Source: Pseudomonadota bacterium | GTDB lineage: Bacteria > Pseudomonadota > Gammaproteobacteria > Burkholderiales > Gallionellaceae | Reading direction: 5' to 3' | NCBI GenBank assembly: GCA_043827165.1 | Contig: JBDRPJ010000007.1 | Span: 123,374 to 187,373, forward strand | Length of the DNA stretch: 64,000 bases | Shown here: in pieces, positions 34,860 through 46,226 of the stretch | Layout of the letters: every line of letters begins with the position of its first letter | Position numbering within the stretch: the first letter of the stretch is position 1 | The notes under the pieces: model-generated | What the model was told of the DNA's origin: nothing | Seen by the model: only the letters and a program-made list of their open reading frames with translations | Databases searched by the model: none | Translations under genes and position numbers: made by a program

Positions 34860-34888
34860 TTGCGGCCCCCAATAAAAGCCGCTATATT
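34860..34888 (+). promoter_or_regulatory. Putative sigma-70 promoter of the leuA leader
   Basis: TTGCGG-N17-TATATT ending 7 bp before the leader ATG. Confidence 0.5.
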
Positions 34889-34895
34889 GCGGGCC

Positions 34896-34979
34896 ATGCA
34901 TTTCTCCCGCCACATATCGCTTTTGCATTCCACCTTCAGCCTGCTGGCAGCGCTGAAGCTGCGCTCGCGCGCATACTGA
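34896..34979 (+). CDS. Leucine-rich leader peptide of leuA (27 aa)
   Basis: Translated by hand: MHFSRHISLLHSTFSLLAALKLRSRAY*, six Leu codons, immediately upstream of leuA. Confidence 0.65.
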   Translation: MHFSRHISLLHSTFSLLAALKLRSRAY

Positions 34980-35058
34980 ACCTTACCCCACACGTATCAA
35001 AGCAGGCGGCTCGGTTGGCGTGAGCCGTGGATGAACAATTGCGATGGAGCACCAGATC

Positions 35059-36594
35059 ATGACTGACAAATTAATCATATTCGACACCACCTTGCGCGAC
35101 GGCGAGCAGAGCCCGGGCGCATCAATGACCAAAGAAGAGAAGTTGCGCATCGCGCGCCAGCTGGAGAAGCTGGGCGTGGATGTGATCGAGGCCGGTTTCG
35201 CGGCGGCTAGTCCGGGCGATTTCGACGCGATCCGATCCATCGCCGAGGTCATCAAGGATTCCACTGTCTGTTCGCTGGCGCGTGCCAACGAGAAGGATGT
35301 GCGTGCGGCAGGGGAGGCGATCAAGCCGGCCAAACGGGGGCGTATCCACACCTTCATCGCCACCTCGCCCATCCACATGCAGCACAAGCTGCGCATGACC
35401 GAGGATCAGGTGGTGGAGCGCGCGGTGCAGGCGGTGAAGTGGGCGCTGGAATACACCGATGATGTGGAGTTCTCGGCCGAGGACGCGGTGCGCTCCGAGA
35501 TGGACTTCCTGATACGCGTGTTCGACGCGGTGATCCAGGCGGGCGCGAAGACACTGAACGTGCCTGACACAGTGGGTTACAGCATCCCCGCTTTGTGGGG
35601 CGAGCGTTTCAAGGATCTGATCGCACGTGTGCCGAACAGCGACAAGGTGATCTGGTCCACCCATTGCCATAACGACCTTGGCATGGCTTCCGCCAACTCG
35701 CTTTCCGCTGTGATGAACGGTGCTCGCCAGGTGGAGTGCACCATCAACGGTCTGGGCGAGCGCGCGGGCAATGCGTCGCTGGAGGAGATCGTGATGGCAG
35801 TGCGCACACGTCGCGATGTGTTTCCCTGCGATTGCCGTATCGACGCCACGCAGATCGTGCCGACCTCCAAGCTGGTGTCCAGCATCACCGGTTATCCGGT
35901 GCAGCCTAACAAGGCAATCGTCGGAGCCAATGCGTTCGCGCACGAGTCGGGTATCCATCAGGATGGTGTGCTGAAACATCGCGAGACCTACGAGATCATG
36001 CGCGCCGAAGACGTGGGCTGGAGCACGAACAAGCTGACTTTGGGCAAGTTGTCCGGGCGCAACGCCTTCCGTACCCGTTTGCAGGAACTGGGTATCGTGC
36101 TGGAGAGCGAGGATGCATTGAATGCCGCGTTCGCACGTTTCAAGGAGCTGGCCGACCGCAAGAGCGAGATCTTCGACGAGGACATCCAGGCGCTGGTGAG
36201 CGACGAGGAAGTGACGCAGGTGAGCGAACATTTCCGACTGGTGGCGATGGGGGCCCATTCGGAGACCGGGGTGCTGCCAGTGGCACGCGTGGTGTTGAAC
36301 ATCGGGGGCAAGGAGGCGCATGCCGATGCACAAGGCGGCGGTCCGGTGGATGCGATATTCAAAGCCATCGAGCAGATCGCCAAGAGCGGCACCGAGCTGC
36401 TGCTTTATTCGGTGAATAACATCACCAGCGGCACCGATGCGCAGGGCGAAGTGACCGTGCGTCTGGCCAAGGGCGGGCGCGTGGTGAACGGGCAGGGTGC
36501 GGATACCGACATCGTGACCGCTTCGGCCAAGGCCTATCTGAATGCGCTGAACAAGCTGCATACCGGTACTGAGCGGGCGCATCCGCAGGTCTGA
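35059..36594 (+). CDS. leuA: 2-isopropylmalate synthase
   Basis: [35 protein letters not shown]. Confidence 0.97.
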   Translation: MTDKLIIFDTTLRDGEQSPGASMTKEEKLRIARQLEKLGVDVIEAGFAAASPGDFDAIRSIAEVIKDSTVCSLARANEKDVRAAGEAIKPAKRGRIHTFIATSPIHMQHKLRMTEDQVVERAVQAVKWALEYTDDVEFSAEDAVRSEMDFLIRVFDAVIQAGAKTLNVPDTVGYSIPALWGERFKDLIARVPNSDKVIWSTHCHNDLGMASANSLSAVMNGARQVECTINGLGERAGNASLEEIVMAVRTRRDVFPCDCRIDATQIVPTSKLVSSITGYPVQPNKAIVGANAFAHESGIHQDGVLKHRETYEIMRAEDVGWSTNKLTLGKLSGRNAFRTRLQELGIVLESEDALNAAFARFKELADRKSEIFDEDIQALVSDEEVTQVSEHFRLVAMGAHSETGVLPVARVVLNIGGKEAHADAQGGGPVDAIFKAIEQIAKSGTELLLYSVNNITSGTDAQGEVTVRLAKGGRVVNGQGADTDIVTASAKAYLNALNKLHTGTERAHPQV

Positions 36595-36599
36595 GATAC

Positions 36600-36878
36600 A
36601 TGACTGAGGCGAGCAAGCAGAGCTGGTGCCTGATCCTGATGTTTGGGGTGGCGCTGGCTTTTGCTGCTACAACAGCAGGGGCGGTGCCGCTTGCCGAGAA
36701 AGTCTCCAGTCCAAAGCCTGAGAAAGTCAGCAAAGGTAAGGCGGTGCACTTTATCGAGAGCCGTCCTGAATCGGGTTCGAAAGTGCATGCGGAAAAGCGG
36801 GGGGTTGACCTTCCTTCTCCGGAGAAAATGCCTGCCAGCGAACCGCAGCCACTGGAGTTGAAAGGTGTGCGCGGCTAG
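36600..36878 (+). CDS. Small hypothetical protein with predicted signal peptide
   Basis: Hydrophobic N-terminus with AGA-like cleavage site; fills the gap between leuA and the convergent gene. Confidence 0.55.
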   Translation: MTEASKQSWCLILMFGVALAFAATTAGAVPLAEKVSSPKPEKVSKGKAVHFIESRPESGSKVHAEKRGVDLPSPEKMPASEPQPLELKGVRG

Positions 36879-37543
36879 CTTGCGCCGTCCGCAATGGCTG
36901 TGCGGGCTTCCGCTGCGGTCAGGGCGACTCCCTTGAACGCATGGCGCTGCGTCTTGCCGTCTATCTTCAGATCGTAACCATCGCAATCCACTCCTAGCCA
37001 TTGTGTGGTCGATCCTGCTGTTCGGGTGTTCGACTCGGCAAGCAGCAAATCTTCCTCTTCCATCAATGCATGGCGCGGCACCAGATAGTTCTCGGTCTTG
37101 ACCCAGTGTATGTCGCCGAAGCCGCCGATGTAGCGGATCGCCAGCGGGGTGATGCGGTAGAAGTTGAAGTCGGCCATGTCGAAGTAGGTCTGCGCTTCGG
37201 GGAAGTAACGCAGGTAGCGATTGCCGCAATTTTCTCTATCGGGCTGGAACACGGCATGGCCGACGACGGTGACCCTGCCTTGCGTTTGGATGTGCGGATC
37301 ATCCTGATTGTGGGTGATCAGGCTGACACGAGAATCGTTCAGGATGTTCTTGGTATGTTCCGCCAATCCGCTGATCAGGATCAGCAGACTGCCATCGTGA
37401 TCGACCATGTAGGGCGTGATGGATGTGAAGGGATGGCCGTCGAACTTTTTCGATAGCGTGCCCAGCGCACCGTAGCGGTGGGCACGCAGTAACTGGCGTG
37501 CCGTGCGGCCGTGGTCTTGCGGAGTGGTTTTGTCGGTTATCAT
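36875..37543 (-). CDS. HugZ/pyridoxamine-5'-phosphate oxidase-like protein
   Basis: GALGTLS, ISGLAEHTKNI, RYIGGFG, GVDCDGYDL. Confidence 0.85.
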   Translation of the reverse strand: MITDKTTPQDHGRTARQLLRAHRYGALGTLSKKFDGHPFTSITPYMVDHDGSLLILISGLAEHTKNILNDSRVSLITHNQDDPHIQTQGRVTVVGHAVFQPDRENCGNRYLRYFPEAQTYFDMADFNFYRITPLAIRYIGGFGDIHWVKTENYLVPRHALMEEEDLLLAESNTRTAGSTTQWLGVDCDGYDLKIDGKTQRHAFKGVALTAAEARTAIADGAS

Positions 37544-37572
37544 GGGCGCATTGTATTGAGTCGGGCTGTAAT

Positions 37573-38790
37573 ATGGAACGTCTAAAACAGGATGTGCTGG
37601 ATGCGTTGCGTTTCTTGCGCTTTGTCGCCGTGCGTCTGCGTGATGACCGCTGTATGGAGATGGCGGCCAGCCTGACTTTCACCACCTTGCTGTCGTTGGT
37701 GCCTTTGATCACCATCATGTTGACGGTGTTCTCCGCCTTCCCCGTCTTTTCAGACATGTCGAACGCAATCAAGTCTTATGTGCTGTCCAACATGCTGCCC
37801 GAGACGGGGGGCAGGATGATCACGCGCTATGTGGAACAATTCGCGCAAAGCGCCTCAAGATTGACGGCGGTGGGTATCACCTTCCTCGGTATCGCCGCGA
37901 TGATGATGATGATGACCATAGACAATGCATTCCATCGTATCTATCGCGTATCCAGACAGCGCAAGCTGGTGCAACGTATTCTGGTGTACTGGGCGGTCAT
38001 CACCCTTGCGCCCTTGCTGGTCGGCGCCAGCCTGTCCATGACTTCATGGTTGACCAGCGTGTCTGTCGGCTATGCACAGCATGTACCGTTTGGCGGGATG
38101 TCTGTGCTGAAGGTGTTTCCGCTGATCCTGACTGCTGCAGCCTTCACGCTGCTGTTCAGCGTCGTGCCCAATCGTTATGTCCCGATCCGGCATGCGCTGA
38201 TCGGTGGCGTGATCGCGGCCTTCGCCTTCGAATCCATGAATCTGGCGTTCGCTTACTACATCACACATTTTCCTTCTTACAAGCTGGTGTATGGCGCTTT
38301 CGCCAGTCTGCCGATATTCCTGCTGTGGATCTACCTGTCCTGGCTGATGCTGCTATTCGGTGCCATCATCTCTGCATCCATTCCGAATTGGCGCAGCGAG
38401 CATTCGATAAAGAACGATCAGGCGACGCAATTGTACTTCGCGCTGCATATGCTCAGACTCATGGATGAGGGCCTTAAGACGGGAGAGACACAGGTCCTGC
38501 ATGGTCTTTCGCGGCAGTTGCGCATCGGCTATGAAGAGGTCGAGCATATTCTGCAAAGATTGAGCGATGCGAAAGTGGTGGGAAAATTGTCGGAGCAGGG
38601 TTGGGGGATGGTGCGCGCGCCGGAATATGTCACTGTATCTGAGTTGATCCGGCTGTTCCTGCTGGATACCTCGGCATTGCCGAAGCAATCAACCAACCCG
38701 CATATCGCGGCATGGTTCACTGCTCTGGAGCAGCGTATGCATAATTCCGAACAAAAGACTTTGCGCAATCTGTGGGCAACCCGCATCTGA
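37573..38790 (+). CDS. YihY/BrkB family inner-membrane protein with C-terminal HTH-like region
   Basis: AASLTFTTLLSLVP, YWAVITLAP, YGAFASLPIFLLWIYLSW. Confidence 0.9.
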   Translation: MERLKQDVLDALRFLRFVAVRLRDDRCMEMAASLTFTTLLSLVPLITIMLTVFSAFPVFSDMSNAIKSYVLSNMLPETGGRMITRYVEQFAQSASRLTAVGITFLGIAAMMMMMTIDNAFHRIYRVSRQRKLVQRILVYWAVITLAPLLVGASLSMTSWLTSVSVGYAQHVPFGGMSVLKVFPLILTAAAFTLLFSVVPNRYVPIRHALIGGVIAAFAFESMNLAFAYYITHFPSYKLVYGAFASLPIFLLWIYLSWLMLLFGAIISASIPNWRSEHSIKNDQATQLYFALHMLRLMDEGLKTGETQVLHGLSRQLRIGYEEVEHILQRLSDAKVVGKLSEQGWGMVRAPEYVTVSELIRLFLLDTSALPKQSTNPHIAAWFTALEQRMHNSEQKTLRNLWATRI

Positions 38791-38867
38791 GCGGTTGCCG
38801 CGCTGATCTGTTTCGGTTCTAATGCGCGCCGTCCGATATCCCTATCTGTATAACTTTGGAGTTGAAA

Positions 38868-39431
38868 ATGAATCTTCTGGAAAAACTATTCGAAGGCGCA
38901 TTGTGGAATAGCCGTTTTGTCGTTCTGACAGCGGTCATTGGCAGCCTGTTGGCTGGCATCGCGATTTTCTTCATGGCGACCGTTGATGTCATCTATCTGT
39001 TCCAGCATGCACTGCACTATGCCGATTCCTCATTAGCCAACGAGGCGCGCAAGGCTTTGCACGACAGCACGATCACGCACGTCGTAGAAGTGGTGGATGG
39101 ATATTTGCTGGCAACGGTCATGCTGATCTTCTCCCTTGGACTGTACGAGTTGTTCATCAGTGACATCGATCAGGCGCATGGCAGTCGCTCCGCCAGCAAG
39201 ATACTGGTGATCAATACATTGGACGATCTGAAATCGAAACTTGCAAAAGTCATCCTGATGATTTTGATCGTCACCTTGTTCAAGGAGGCAATGACCATGC
39301 ATCTCACCACACCGATGGACCTGCTCTACCTTGGGGGCAGCATCGCGCTGGTAGCATTGGCACTGTATTGGACACATGCCTCGGAAGGTGGGCATGCAGC
39401 TGAACGTACAAATGGGAAGGACGGGCATTGA
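38868..39431 (+). CDS. YqhA/UPF0114 membrane protein
   Basis: LWNSR, VDGYLL, GLYELFIS, LDDLKSKL. Confidence 0.85.
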   Translation: MNLLEKLFEGALWNSRFVVLTAVIGSLLAGIAIFFMATVDVIYLFQHALHYADSSLANEARKALHDSTITHVVEVVDGYLLATVMLIFSLGLYELFISDIDQAHGSRSASKILVINTLDDLKSKLAKVILMILIVTLFKEAMTMHLTTPMDLLYLGGSIALVALALYWTHASEGGHAAERTNGKDGH

Positions 39432-39886
39432 AGCGACGCCACATATTGGCGGCCGCATTGTCGCTCTGTCTGGTGATGCCTGTCATGGCAGCGCCATTCG
39501 CATTCACTGATCTGCAGGGTAAGGTTCAGCGCTTGTCTGATTTCGAGGGGAAATGGGTGCTAGTGAACTTTTGGGCTACCTGGTGCCCGCCCTGTTTGGA
39601 AGAGATCCCTGACCTGATCGAGCTGCATGAAGCGCACAAGCGCAAGGATCTGGTGGTGATCGGCGTTGCGCTCGATTCAACCGAGAAGTCGGTGCGCGAG
39701 TTCGTCAACCGCTTCGCGATCCCATACCCGGTGGCATTCAGCGACTACGATCAGGCCGCGCAAGTGGGCGAGGTGAGCGTGTTGCCCACATCCTACCTTT
39801 ACGATCCCAAAGGGGAGTTGGTCAGCTATCAGGAAGGCATGTTGACGCGCAGCAGCGTCGAGTCCTACATCAAGAGCAAGCAGTGA
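39428..39886 (+). CDS. TlpA-family thiol:disulfide oxidoreductase
   Basis: Signal peptide, VNFWATWCPPC, LPTSY. Confidence 0.9.
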   Translation: MKRRHILAAALSLCLVMPVMAAPFAFTDLQGKVQRLSDFEGKWVLVNFWATWCPPCLEEIPDLIELHEAHKRKDLVVIGVALDSTEKSVREFVNRFAIPYPVAFSDYDQAAQVGEVSVLPTSYLYDPKGELVSYQEGMLTRSSVESYIKSKQ

Positions 39887-39887
39887 T

Positions 39888-40523
39888 CTAGCCTTCCTGA
39901 CGCAGGGAGCTGAACGGCGATTGCCAGTGCTTCTGCCAGGCTGATTTGACCAGGTTCGGATATTTGGATTTTCCCAGACTACCGTTGTAACGCCCCAGTG
40001 CACGGTACAAGTTGCCTTTTTCGATATCCAGATAGTGTCGCAGGATGGTGCAACCGTAACGCAGGTTGGTGCGCAGGTGGAACAGGTTCTGGTCGCGCGT
40101 GCCGATGGCTTTGGTCCAGAACGGCATCACCTGCATGTAGCCGCGCGCACCGGCTTTTGAAACCGCATACTTCTTGAAGCGACTCTCCACATCGATCAAC
40201 CCCAGCACCATGTGCGGATCCAGTCCGGCACGCGTCGCCTCATAGTGTACCGTGCTCAGGAAATCAAATCGGTAGTTCGCATCGGGCATACGTTTTTCCA
40301 AGCGCCGCGACATCTCGTCCAGCCAAGCCTGCGCTTCCTGCTGCGAGGCGAAGGCCAGTTTTGGGGCAGCCTGGTCGGATACCGCGCGATGCAGCATCGC
40401 ACGTACGCTGGCAGAAAGCTGTTCCTCCTTCTGCGCACCGGCCTGGGCCGAGAACGACAGACACAAACCCACCGCCGCAAGCGACAGTAACAAGCTGGAT
40501 CTGTTGAGGGTTTTCAATTTCAT
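39888..40523 (-). CDS. Lytic transglycosylase (SLT domain)
   Basis: [22 protein letters not shown]. Confidence 0.9.
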   Translation of the reverse strand: MKLKTLNRSSLLLSLAAVGLCLSFSAQAGAQKEEQLSASVRAMLHRAVSDQAAPKLAFASQQEAQAWLDEMSRRLEKRMPDANYRFDFLSTVHYEATRAGLDPHMVLGLIDVESRFKKYAVSKAGARGYMQVMPFWTKAIGTRDQNLFHLRTNLRYGCTILRHYLDIEKGNLYRALGRYNGSLGKSKYPNLVKSAWQKHWQSPFSSLRQEG

Positions 40524-42229
40524 AGTTTGGATTGTACGAGCTTGAGCACATCTTGCAAGGCGACGACTTGGGCGGCTTCGTCCTTGCGGCCCTGATACTC
40601 GACGTTGCTTTCTTTCAAACTGCGGTCGCCTAGCACGATGCGGTGCGGGATGCCGATGAGCTCAAGGTCGGCGAACATCACACCGGGACGCTCGTCGCGG
40701 TCATCCAGCAGCACTTCGATACCGGCTGCCTGCAGGTCTGCATAGAGCTGGTCAGCGGCAGCTTTCACTGCGTCGCTCTTCTTGTAGCCGATGGGGGCGA
40801 GGGCGACCTGGAACGGTGCCATGCCAGCGGGCAGTGCGATGCCGCGTGCATCGAAGTTCTGTTCGATGGCGGCGGCGACGATGCGTGACACACCGATGCC
40901 GTAGCAGCCCATCTCCATCACCTGCGACTTGCCGTTCTCGTCCAGATAGGTGGCGTTCAGCGCTTCAGAATACTTGGTGCGCAACTGGAAGATGTGGCCG
41001 ACTTCGATGCCGCGGCACAACTCCAGCGTGCCTTTACCGTCCGGTGACGGGTCGCCCGCGATCACGTTGCGGATATCGGCGACCAGCTCGGGTTCTGGCA
41101 GGTCGCGGCCCCAGTTGATGCCGGCGGTGTGGAACTTGGGCTTGTTGCTGCCCGCTACGAAATCGCTCATCGCAGCGACGGTCCGGTCTGCGATCACGCG
41201 TACCTGGTCGCGGGCTATGCCGACCGGGCCGAGGAAGCCGGGCGGGCAGTTGAAGAAGGCGCGGATCTCATCTTCGCGTGCGAAGCGGAATTCGGCCAGT
41301 CCCGGCAGCTTGTTGACCTTGATCTCGTTCAGGCTGTGGTCGCCGCGCAGCAGTAGGATGACCAGTTTCTCTTCGGCGATGACGGCCAGCAGTTTCACCG
41401 TACGTTGCAAGGGGATGCCCAGCAGTTCGGCCACCTCTTCGCACGTAGTCTGGCGGGGTGTCTCGACATCGCGAAGGGTCTCGCTGGCGGCCGCACGCGC
41501 AGTCGCGGGTGCAAGCGCTTCGGCCAGCTCCACGTTGGCGGCGTAATCCGAGTTCGGGCAGAAGGCCAGGCCGTCTTCACCGGAATCGGCCAGCACATGG
41601 AACTCGTGCGAGCCGGAACCGCCGATGGCGCCGGTGTCCGCGGCTACGGCGCGGAACTGCAAGCCCAGACGGGTGAAGATGCGCGAGTAGGTCTCGTACA
41701 TCACCTGATAGGTCTGTTCCAGACTCTCGAAGTTCGCATGGAAGGAATATGCATCCTTCATCATGAATTCGCGTGCGCGCATCACGCCGAAACGGGGACG
41801 TACCTCGTCGCGGAACTTGGTCTGGATCTGGTAGAAGTTCAGCGGTAGCTGGCGGTAGCTCTTCACCTCGCGGCGCGCGATGTCGGTAATGACTTCCTCG
41901 TGCGTGGGGCCGAAGCAGAACTGGTGGTCATGCCTGTCTTTGATCTTCAGCATCTGGGGGCCGAACACGTCCCAGCGGCCCGTCTCTTGCCACAATTCAG
42001 CCGGTTGCACGGCAGGCATCAATAGTTCGATACCACCGCTCTTGTCCATCTCTTCGCGCACCACACTTTCGACTTTGCGCAGCACGCGCAGTCCCAAAGG
42101 CATCCAGGTGTACAGTCCGCTGGCAAGTTTGCGGATGTAGCCCGCGCGCAGCATCAGGCGGTGACTGGGCAGTTCGGCCTCGGCAGGAGCTTCCTTGAGG
42201 GTGGAGATGAAGAATTTTGAAACGCGCAT
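40520..42229 (-). CDS. proS: Proline-tRNA ligase
   Basis: [32 protein letters not shown]. Confidence 0.97.
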   Translation of the reverse strand: MRVSKFFISTLKEAPAEAELPSHRLMLRAGYIRKLASGLYTWMPLGLRVLRKVESVVREEMDKSGGIELLMPAVQPAELWQETGRWDVFGPQMLKIKDRHDHQFCFGPTHEEVITDIARREVKSYRQLPLNFYQIQTKFRDEVRPRFGVMRAREFMMKDAYSFHANFESLEQTYQVMYETYSRIFTRLGLQFRAVAADTGAIGGSGSHEFHVLADSGEDGLAFCPNSDYAANVELAEALAPATARAAASETLRDVETPRQTTCEEVAELLGIPLQRTVKLLAVIAEEKLVILLLRGDHSLNEIKVNKLPGLAEFRFAREDEIRAFFNCPPGFLGPVGIARDQVRVIADRTVAAMSDFVAGSNKPKFHTAGINWGRDLPEPELVADIRNVIAGDPSPDGKGTLELCRGIEVGHIFQLRTKYSEALNATYLDENGKSQVMEMGCYGIGVSRIVAAAIEQNFDARGIALPAGMAPFQVALAPIGYKKSDAVKAAADQLYADLQAAGIEVLLDDRDERPGVMFADLELIGIPHRIVLGDRSLKESNVEYQGRKDEAAQVVALQDVLKLVQSKL

Positions 42230-42350
42230 GTTATCGACTCGTGGGGCGTAAGTAAGAGGGCGCGATTCTACTGCAAGCGGCCAGTCCCGTCTTTCCTGCG
42301 GGGCTGAAATGTGGAACAATCCAGCCATCGAAAAATGTATGGGGCGAATC

Positions 42351-42851
42351 ATGATAGACCGTGAAGGTTATCGCCCGAACGTCGGCATCATTCTGACCAA
42401 CGCAAAGAATCAGGTATTCTGGGGCAAACGTATCAGGCAGGACGCATGGCAGTTCCCGCAAGGGGGCATTCAGCACGGCGAGACGCCGGAACAGGCGATG
42501 TACCGTGAACTGCACGAAGAAGTGGGCTTGCATGCCTGCCATGTGAAGATATTGGGCCGGACCCGGGATTGGATGCGTTACGATGTGCCGCAAAGTTGGG
42601 GCAAGTCGCGTTCGCATTACAAGGGGCAAAAGCAGATCTGGTTCCTGTTGCGTCTGACAGGACGGGATTGCGATGTGTCGTTGCGCGCATCCGGACATCC
42701 CGAGTTCGACGCCTGGCGCTGGACCGAGTACTGGATAGAGCTGGACACCGTGATCGATTTCAAACGGGACGTTTATCGTTTGGCGCTCAACGAACTGGTG
42801 CGTTTCCTGCCCGCCCTGCGCGGTCAGGAGCATCTGGCAACACAAAAATAG
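42351..42851 (+). CDS. rppH: RNA pyrophosphohydrolase (Nudix)
   Basis: [15 protein letters not shown]...[21 protein letters not shown]. Confidence 0.96.
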   Translation: MIDREGYRPNVGIILTNAKNQVFWGKRIRQDAWQFPQGGIQHGETPEQAMYRELHEEVGLHACHVKILGRTRDWMRYDVPQSWGKSRSHYKGQKQIWFLLRLTGRDCDVSLRASGHPEFDAWRWTEYWIELDTVIDFKRDVYRLALNELVRFLPALRGQEHLATQK

Positions 42852-42879
42852 CAGCCGTTCATTTCAATCAGGAGGAATC

Positions 42880-43476
42880 ATGATCACCCAGTACAAGCCG
42901 TTGGTATCCGCAGCATTGAAGACCGGTTCTTCCTTCGTACGTCCGACCCAGGCCTTGCCGGAGCGCGTCAAGCTCAGCAGCCCGGCGACGGATGTGATGA
43001 CCGACCTGACCAAGGTGTCCGTGGTCAGCGTGCGTGCCAAGACCTCGATGGACAAAGCCAACGCCAAGATGATCAAGTATGGCGTGCGTATGCTGCTGGT
43101 GCTGGACGACAACGAGCAGATCGCCGGTCTGATCACCGCCACCGACGTGCTGGGCGAGAAGCCGATGCGTTTCCTGCAGAACATGGGCGGCACGCATGCC
43201 GACATCATGGTGCGCGACATCATGACCACGCAGCGCGAGATGGAAGTGCTGGATATTGAGGATGTCAAGAAGGCCAAGGTCGGTGACGTGGTGATGACGC
43301 TGAAGGCGGCCCATCGCCAGCACTCGATGGTGGCTTCGACGGCATCAGACGGCAAGCAGACCATATGCGGTTTGTTCTCCATCACCCAGATCGCCCGCCA
43401 GCTCGGTGCGCAAATGCAGAACTTCGAGCTGGCAAGCACTTTTGCCGAGATCGAAGCGGTCATTGCCCAGAGTTAA
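42880..43476 (+). CDS. CBS domain protein
   Basis: DVMTDL, GLITATD, VRDIMT. Confidence 0.8.
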   Translation: MITQYKPLVSAALKTGSSFVRPTQALPERVKLSSPATDVMTDLTKVSVVSVRAKTSMDKANAKMIKYGVRMLLVLDDNEQIAGLITATDVLGEKPMRFLQNMGGTHADIMVRDIMTTQREMEVLDIEDVKKAKVGDVVMTLKAAHRQHSMVASTASDGKQTICGLFSITQIARQLGAQMQNFELASTFAEIEAVIAQS

Positions 43477-43528
43477 GTTCGCTCGCCCGTTTTCAGGGCT
43501 TGCGTTACCAACATACAAGGAACGTTCA

Positions 43529-44458
43529 ATGTTGAAATTGCAGTGGCTATTCTCAGCGGGCTTTCTGGTTGCAATGCTTGCAGGGTGTGCGGGCATCCAG
43601 GAACCGGGGAATGCGATCTATATGCATGTCGACGAGAAACCTTCACCTACTGCCCGTCAGCAGAAATATCCGGTGTTGGTGCGACTGTCAGCCTACCAGG
43701 ATGCGCGCGATGTATCCGACCCGCATCTGCTGGGTGTGGCGACTACCCGTGTGCTGGGCATGACAGGCAAGGACATCATGCTGGATAGCGAGGTGGCGGC
43801 GGTGGTCGGTGCCAGCATGAAGAAGCGTTTGAGCGACGATGGCTTGCAATTCGTCGAGGCCGACCAAGCGCAATTCCAGTTGAGCGGCGTGGTCAAGACG
43901 CTGTCAGTGGGCATCAAGGAACGAGATTATCTGAGCATCGCCATCGAATCGACCTTGACCGATGCTACCAGCGGGCGCGTCATCTGGTCCGGCGTGGTAG
44001 CTGAAAAGAAGGAACGCTATGCCGGGGTCTCGGGTAACAGCAAAGGCGATGTGGCAGCCTTCCTGAAAACAGGATTGGCTACGGTCAGCCATAAGACCAG
44101 CGAGTCGATCCTGTCTGTGCTGATGGCGACCCGCCCTGAACTGTTCGGTGCGGCGGGTGTGGCCAAAGCCGCGCCGGGCGTGACGGTCTATACAGGTGCA
44201 CCACCGGTCGTCGCTCCGCCGGCCGCAGCGACTATCAAACCGGTCGCCGCAACCGGCATGCTGGCGCTGACTTCGGTGCCTGGTAACGTCAAGGTCTATG
44301 TCGACGATGTTTATTACGGCTTGACACCGCTGGAAGCCGAGATGCCGGCGGGTATCTACCAGCTGCGTTTCGAACTGGATGGCTATGCCAAGAGTAGCGA
44401 AAAGGTTTCGGTGCGTCGTGGTGATCGCACCGAACTGAAGGTGGAGTTGCATCACTGA
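43529..44458 (+). CDS. Lipoprotein with C-terminal PEGA domain
   Basis: Lipobox LAGC, Pro/Ala linker, PEGA motif LTSVPGNVKVYVD...GLTP...G.Y. Confidence 0.8.
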   Translation: MLKLQWLFSAGFLVAMLAGCAGIQEPGNAIYMHVDEKPSPTARQQKYPVLVRLSAYQDARDVSDPHLLGVATTRVLGMTGKDIMLDSEVAAVVGASMKKRLSDDGLQFVEADQAQFQLSGVVKTLSVGIKERDYLSIAIESTLTDATSGRVIWSGVVAEKKERYAGVSGNSKGDVAAFLKTGLATVSHKTSESILSVLMATRPELFGAAGVAKAAPGVTVYTGAPPVVAPPAAATIKPVAATGMLALTSVPGNVKVYVDDVYYGLTPLEAEMPAGIYQLRFELDGYAKSSEKVSVRRGDRTELKVELHH

Positions 44459-44474
44459 TTGAGCAGCCCGGTCG

Positions 44475-44511
44475 CCAAACAAAAAGCCCGCAATGCGGGC
44501 TTTTTGTTTGG
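44475..44511. terminator. Bidirectional intrinsic terminator
   Basis: CCAAACAAAAAGCCCGC-AAT-GCGGGCTTTTTGTTTGG between convergent genes. Confidence 0.9.
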
Positions 44512-44524
44512 TCTGTCCGATGTG

Positions 44525-44974
44525 TCAGTGCTTGCCGGTACTGCCGAATCCGTTCGCACCGCGATGGCTGTGCGGGAACTCTTCCACGATATTGAACTGC
44601 ACCTGTGCCACCGGCACGATGACCATCTGCGCGATACGCTCCATCGGCATCAGTTCGAAGGGGTGCGAGCCGCGGTTCCATACCGAGATGAATATCTGTC
44701 CCTGATAGTCCGAGTCGATCAGGCCGACCAGATTGCCGAGCACGATGCCATGCTTGTGCCCGAGGCCGGAGCGGGGCAGGATCATCGCGGCATAGTGGGG
44801 GTCGTTAAGATGAAGCGCGACGCCGCTGGGGATCAGCTCGCATTGCCCCGGCCGAATGGTGACGGCATGGTCTATACAGGCGCGCATGTCGATGCCGGCA
44901 GAGCCTGGCGTGGCATACATCGGCGGATGATCGTGTAGGCGCGGGTCGAGTATCTTGACGTCCACTTTCTTCAT
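44525..44974 (-). CDS. dut: dUTP diphosphatase
   Basis: [29 protein letters not shown]. Confidence 0.97.
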   Translation of the reverse strand: MKKVDVKILDPRLHDHPPMYATPGSAGIDMRACIDHAVTIRPGQCELIPSGVALHLNDPHYAAMILPRSGLGHKHGIVLGNLVGLIDSDYQGQIFISVWNRGSHPFELMPMERIAQMVIVPVAQVQFNIVEEFPHSHRGANGFGSTGKH

Positions 44975-46176
44975 GTCTGGTTCCCTTTCTTGAAAAGCAT
45001 GGCGGCATGTCGCAACAGGGCGCGTGCCAGTGTCAGTTTGTCGGTGCGCGGCAACACATGTTCGCCCGCATCGTCGAACAGCACCAGTTCGTTGTCATCG
45101 GCACCGATGGCATCCTGCACCAGATTGGCGGCGAGCAGGGGGATGTTCTTCTTCTTGCGCTTAGACGTGGCGTGTTCGCGCAGTTTCTCGCTCTCGGCGG
45201 CGAAGCCTACGCAGAACGGGGCTTGGGCCTGACTGGCGACCCAGCCGAGTATATCCGGATTCGGTATCAGTTCCAGATTCAGGCTGGCATCGCTCTTCTT
45301 GATCTTTTGTTCGCTAGGCTGTGCCACACGGTAATCGGCTACGGCGGCGACGCTGATGAACATGTCGCTCGATGGAACAGCCTGTTGCACCGCCGCGAAC
45401 ATCTCTGCAGCCGAGGTGACCTTCACCAAGCGCGCACCGGCGGGCGGCGTGAGCGCGACCGGGCCGGAGACCAGTGTGACCTGCGCGCCCATCTGCAACG
45501 CGGCCTGCGCTATGGCATAGCCCATCTTGCCGCTGCTGCGGTTGGTGATGCCGCGCACCGCGTCGATGGCTTCATAGGTAGGGCCGGCGGTGATGAGCAG
45601 GCGCATGCCCGCCAGTTCATCGGAGCTTGCTACGGACAAGGCAGTCAGGATGTCCTGTGCCAGCGCTTCCGCTTCCAGCATGCGCCCCATGCCTTCCTCA
45701 CCGCAAGCTTGCACGCCGCTGACCGGGCCGAGCAGCGTCACGCCGTCCGCAGCAAGTTGTCGGACGTTGCGTTGTGTCGCGGCATTCGACCACATCTGCC
45801 TGTTCATGGCCGGTGCGACCAGCAGCGGACAATCGCGCGCCAAGCACAGCGTGGAGAGCAGATCGTCGGCCAGGCCATGCGCCAGCTTGGCGATGAAGTC
45901 GGCCGTGGCCGGCGCGATCACGATGGCATCGGCGACGCGGCTGCTGTGGATGTGCGACATGCCCTTGTCGTCCTGCCATTGGTCGAGCAGCACCGGCGAT
46001 CCGGTGAGTGCCTGCAGGGTGGCGGGCGTGATGAAATGCGTCGCGGCATCGGTCATTGCCACCTGCACCTCGATGCCTTGCTTGATCAGCAGGCGCGCCA
46101 GTTCCGCAGCCTTGTAGGCCGCGATGCCGCCGGTGATGCCGAGGATGATGCGCTGAGCTTTGCGTATTCCGTTCAT
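44971..46176 (-). CDS. coaBC: Bifunctional phosphopantothenoylcysteine decarboxylase/ligase
   Basis: [39 protein letters not shown]. Confidence 0.96.
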   Translation of the reverse strand: MNGIRKAQRIILGITGGIAAYKAAELARLLIKQGIEVQVAMTDAATHFITPATLQALTGSPVLLDQWQDDKGMSHIHSSRVADAIVIAPATADFIAKLAHGLADDLLSTLCLARDCPLLVAPAMNRQMWSNAATQRNVRQLAADGVTLLGPVSGVQACGEEGMGRMLEAEALAQDILTALSVASSDELAGMRLLITAGPTYEAIDAVRGITNRSSGKMGYAIAQAALQMGAQVTLVSGPVALTPPAGARLVKVTSAAEMFAAVQQAVPSSDMFISVAAVADYRVAQPSEQKIKKSDASLNLELIPNPDILGWVASQAQAPFCVGFAAESEKLREHATSKRKKKNIPLLAANLVQDAIGADDNELVLFDDAGEHVLPRTDKLTLARALLRHAAMLFKKGNQT

Positions 46177-46226
46177 GGCGGCATCTTATCAAGAAAGCGC
46201 AGCATCATGCGCAAGCACAATGGCGC

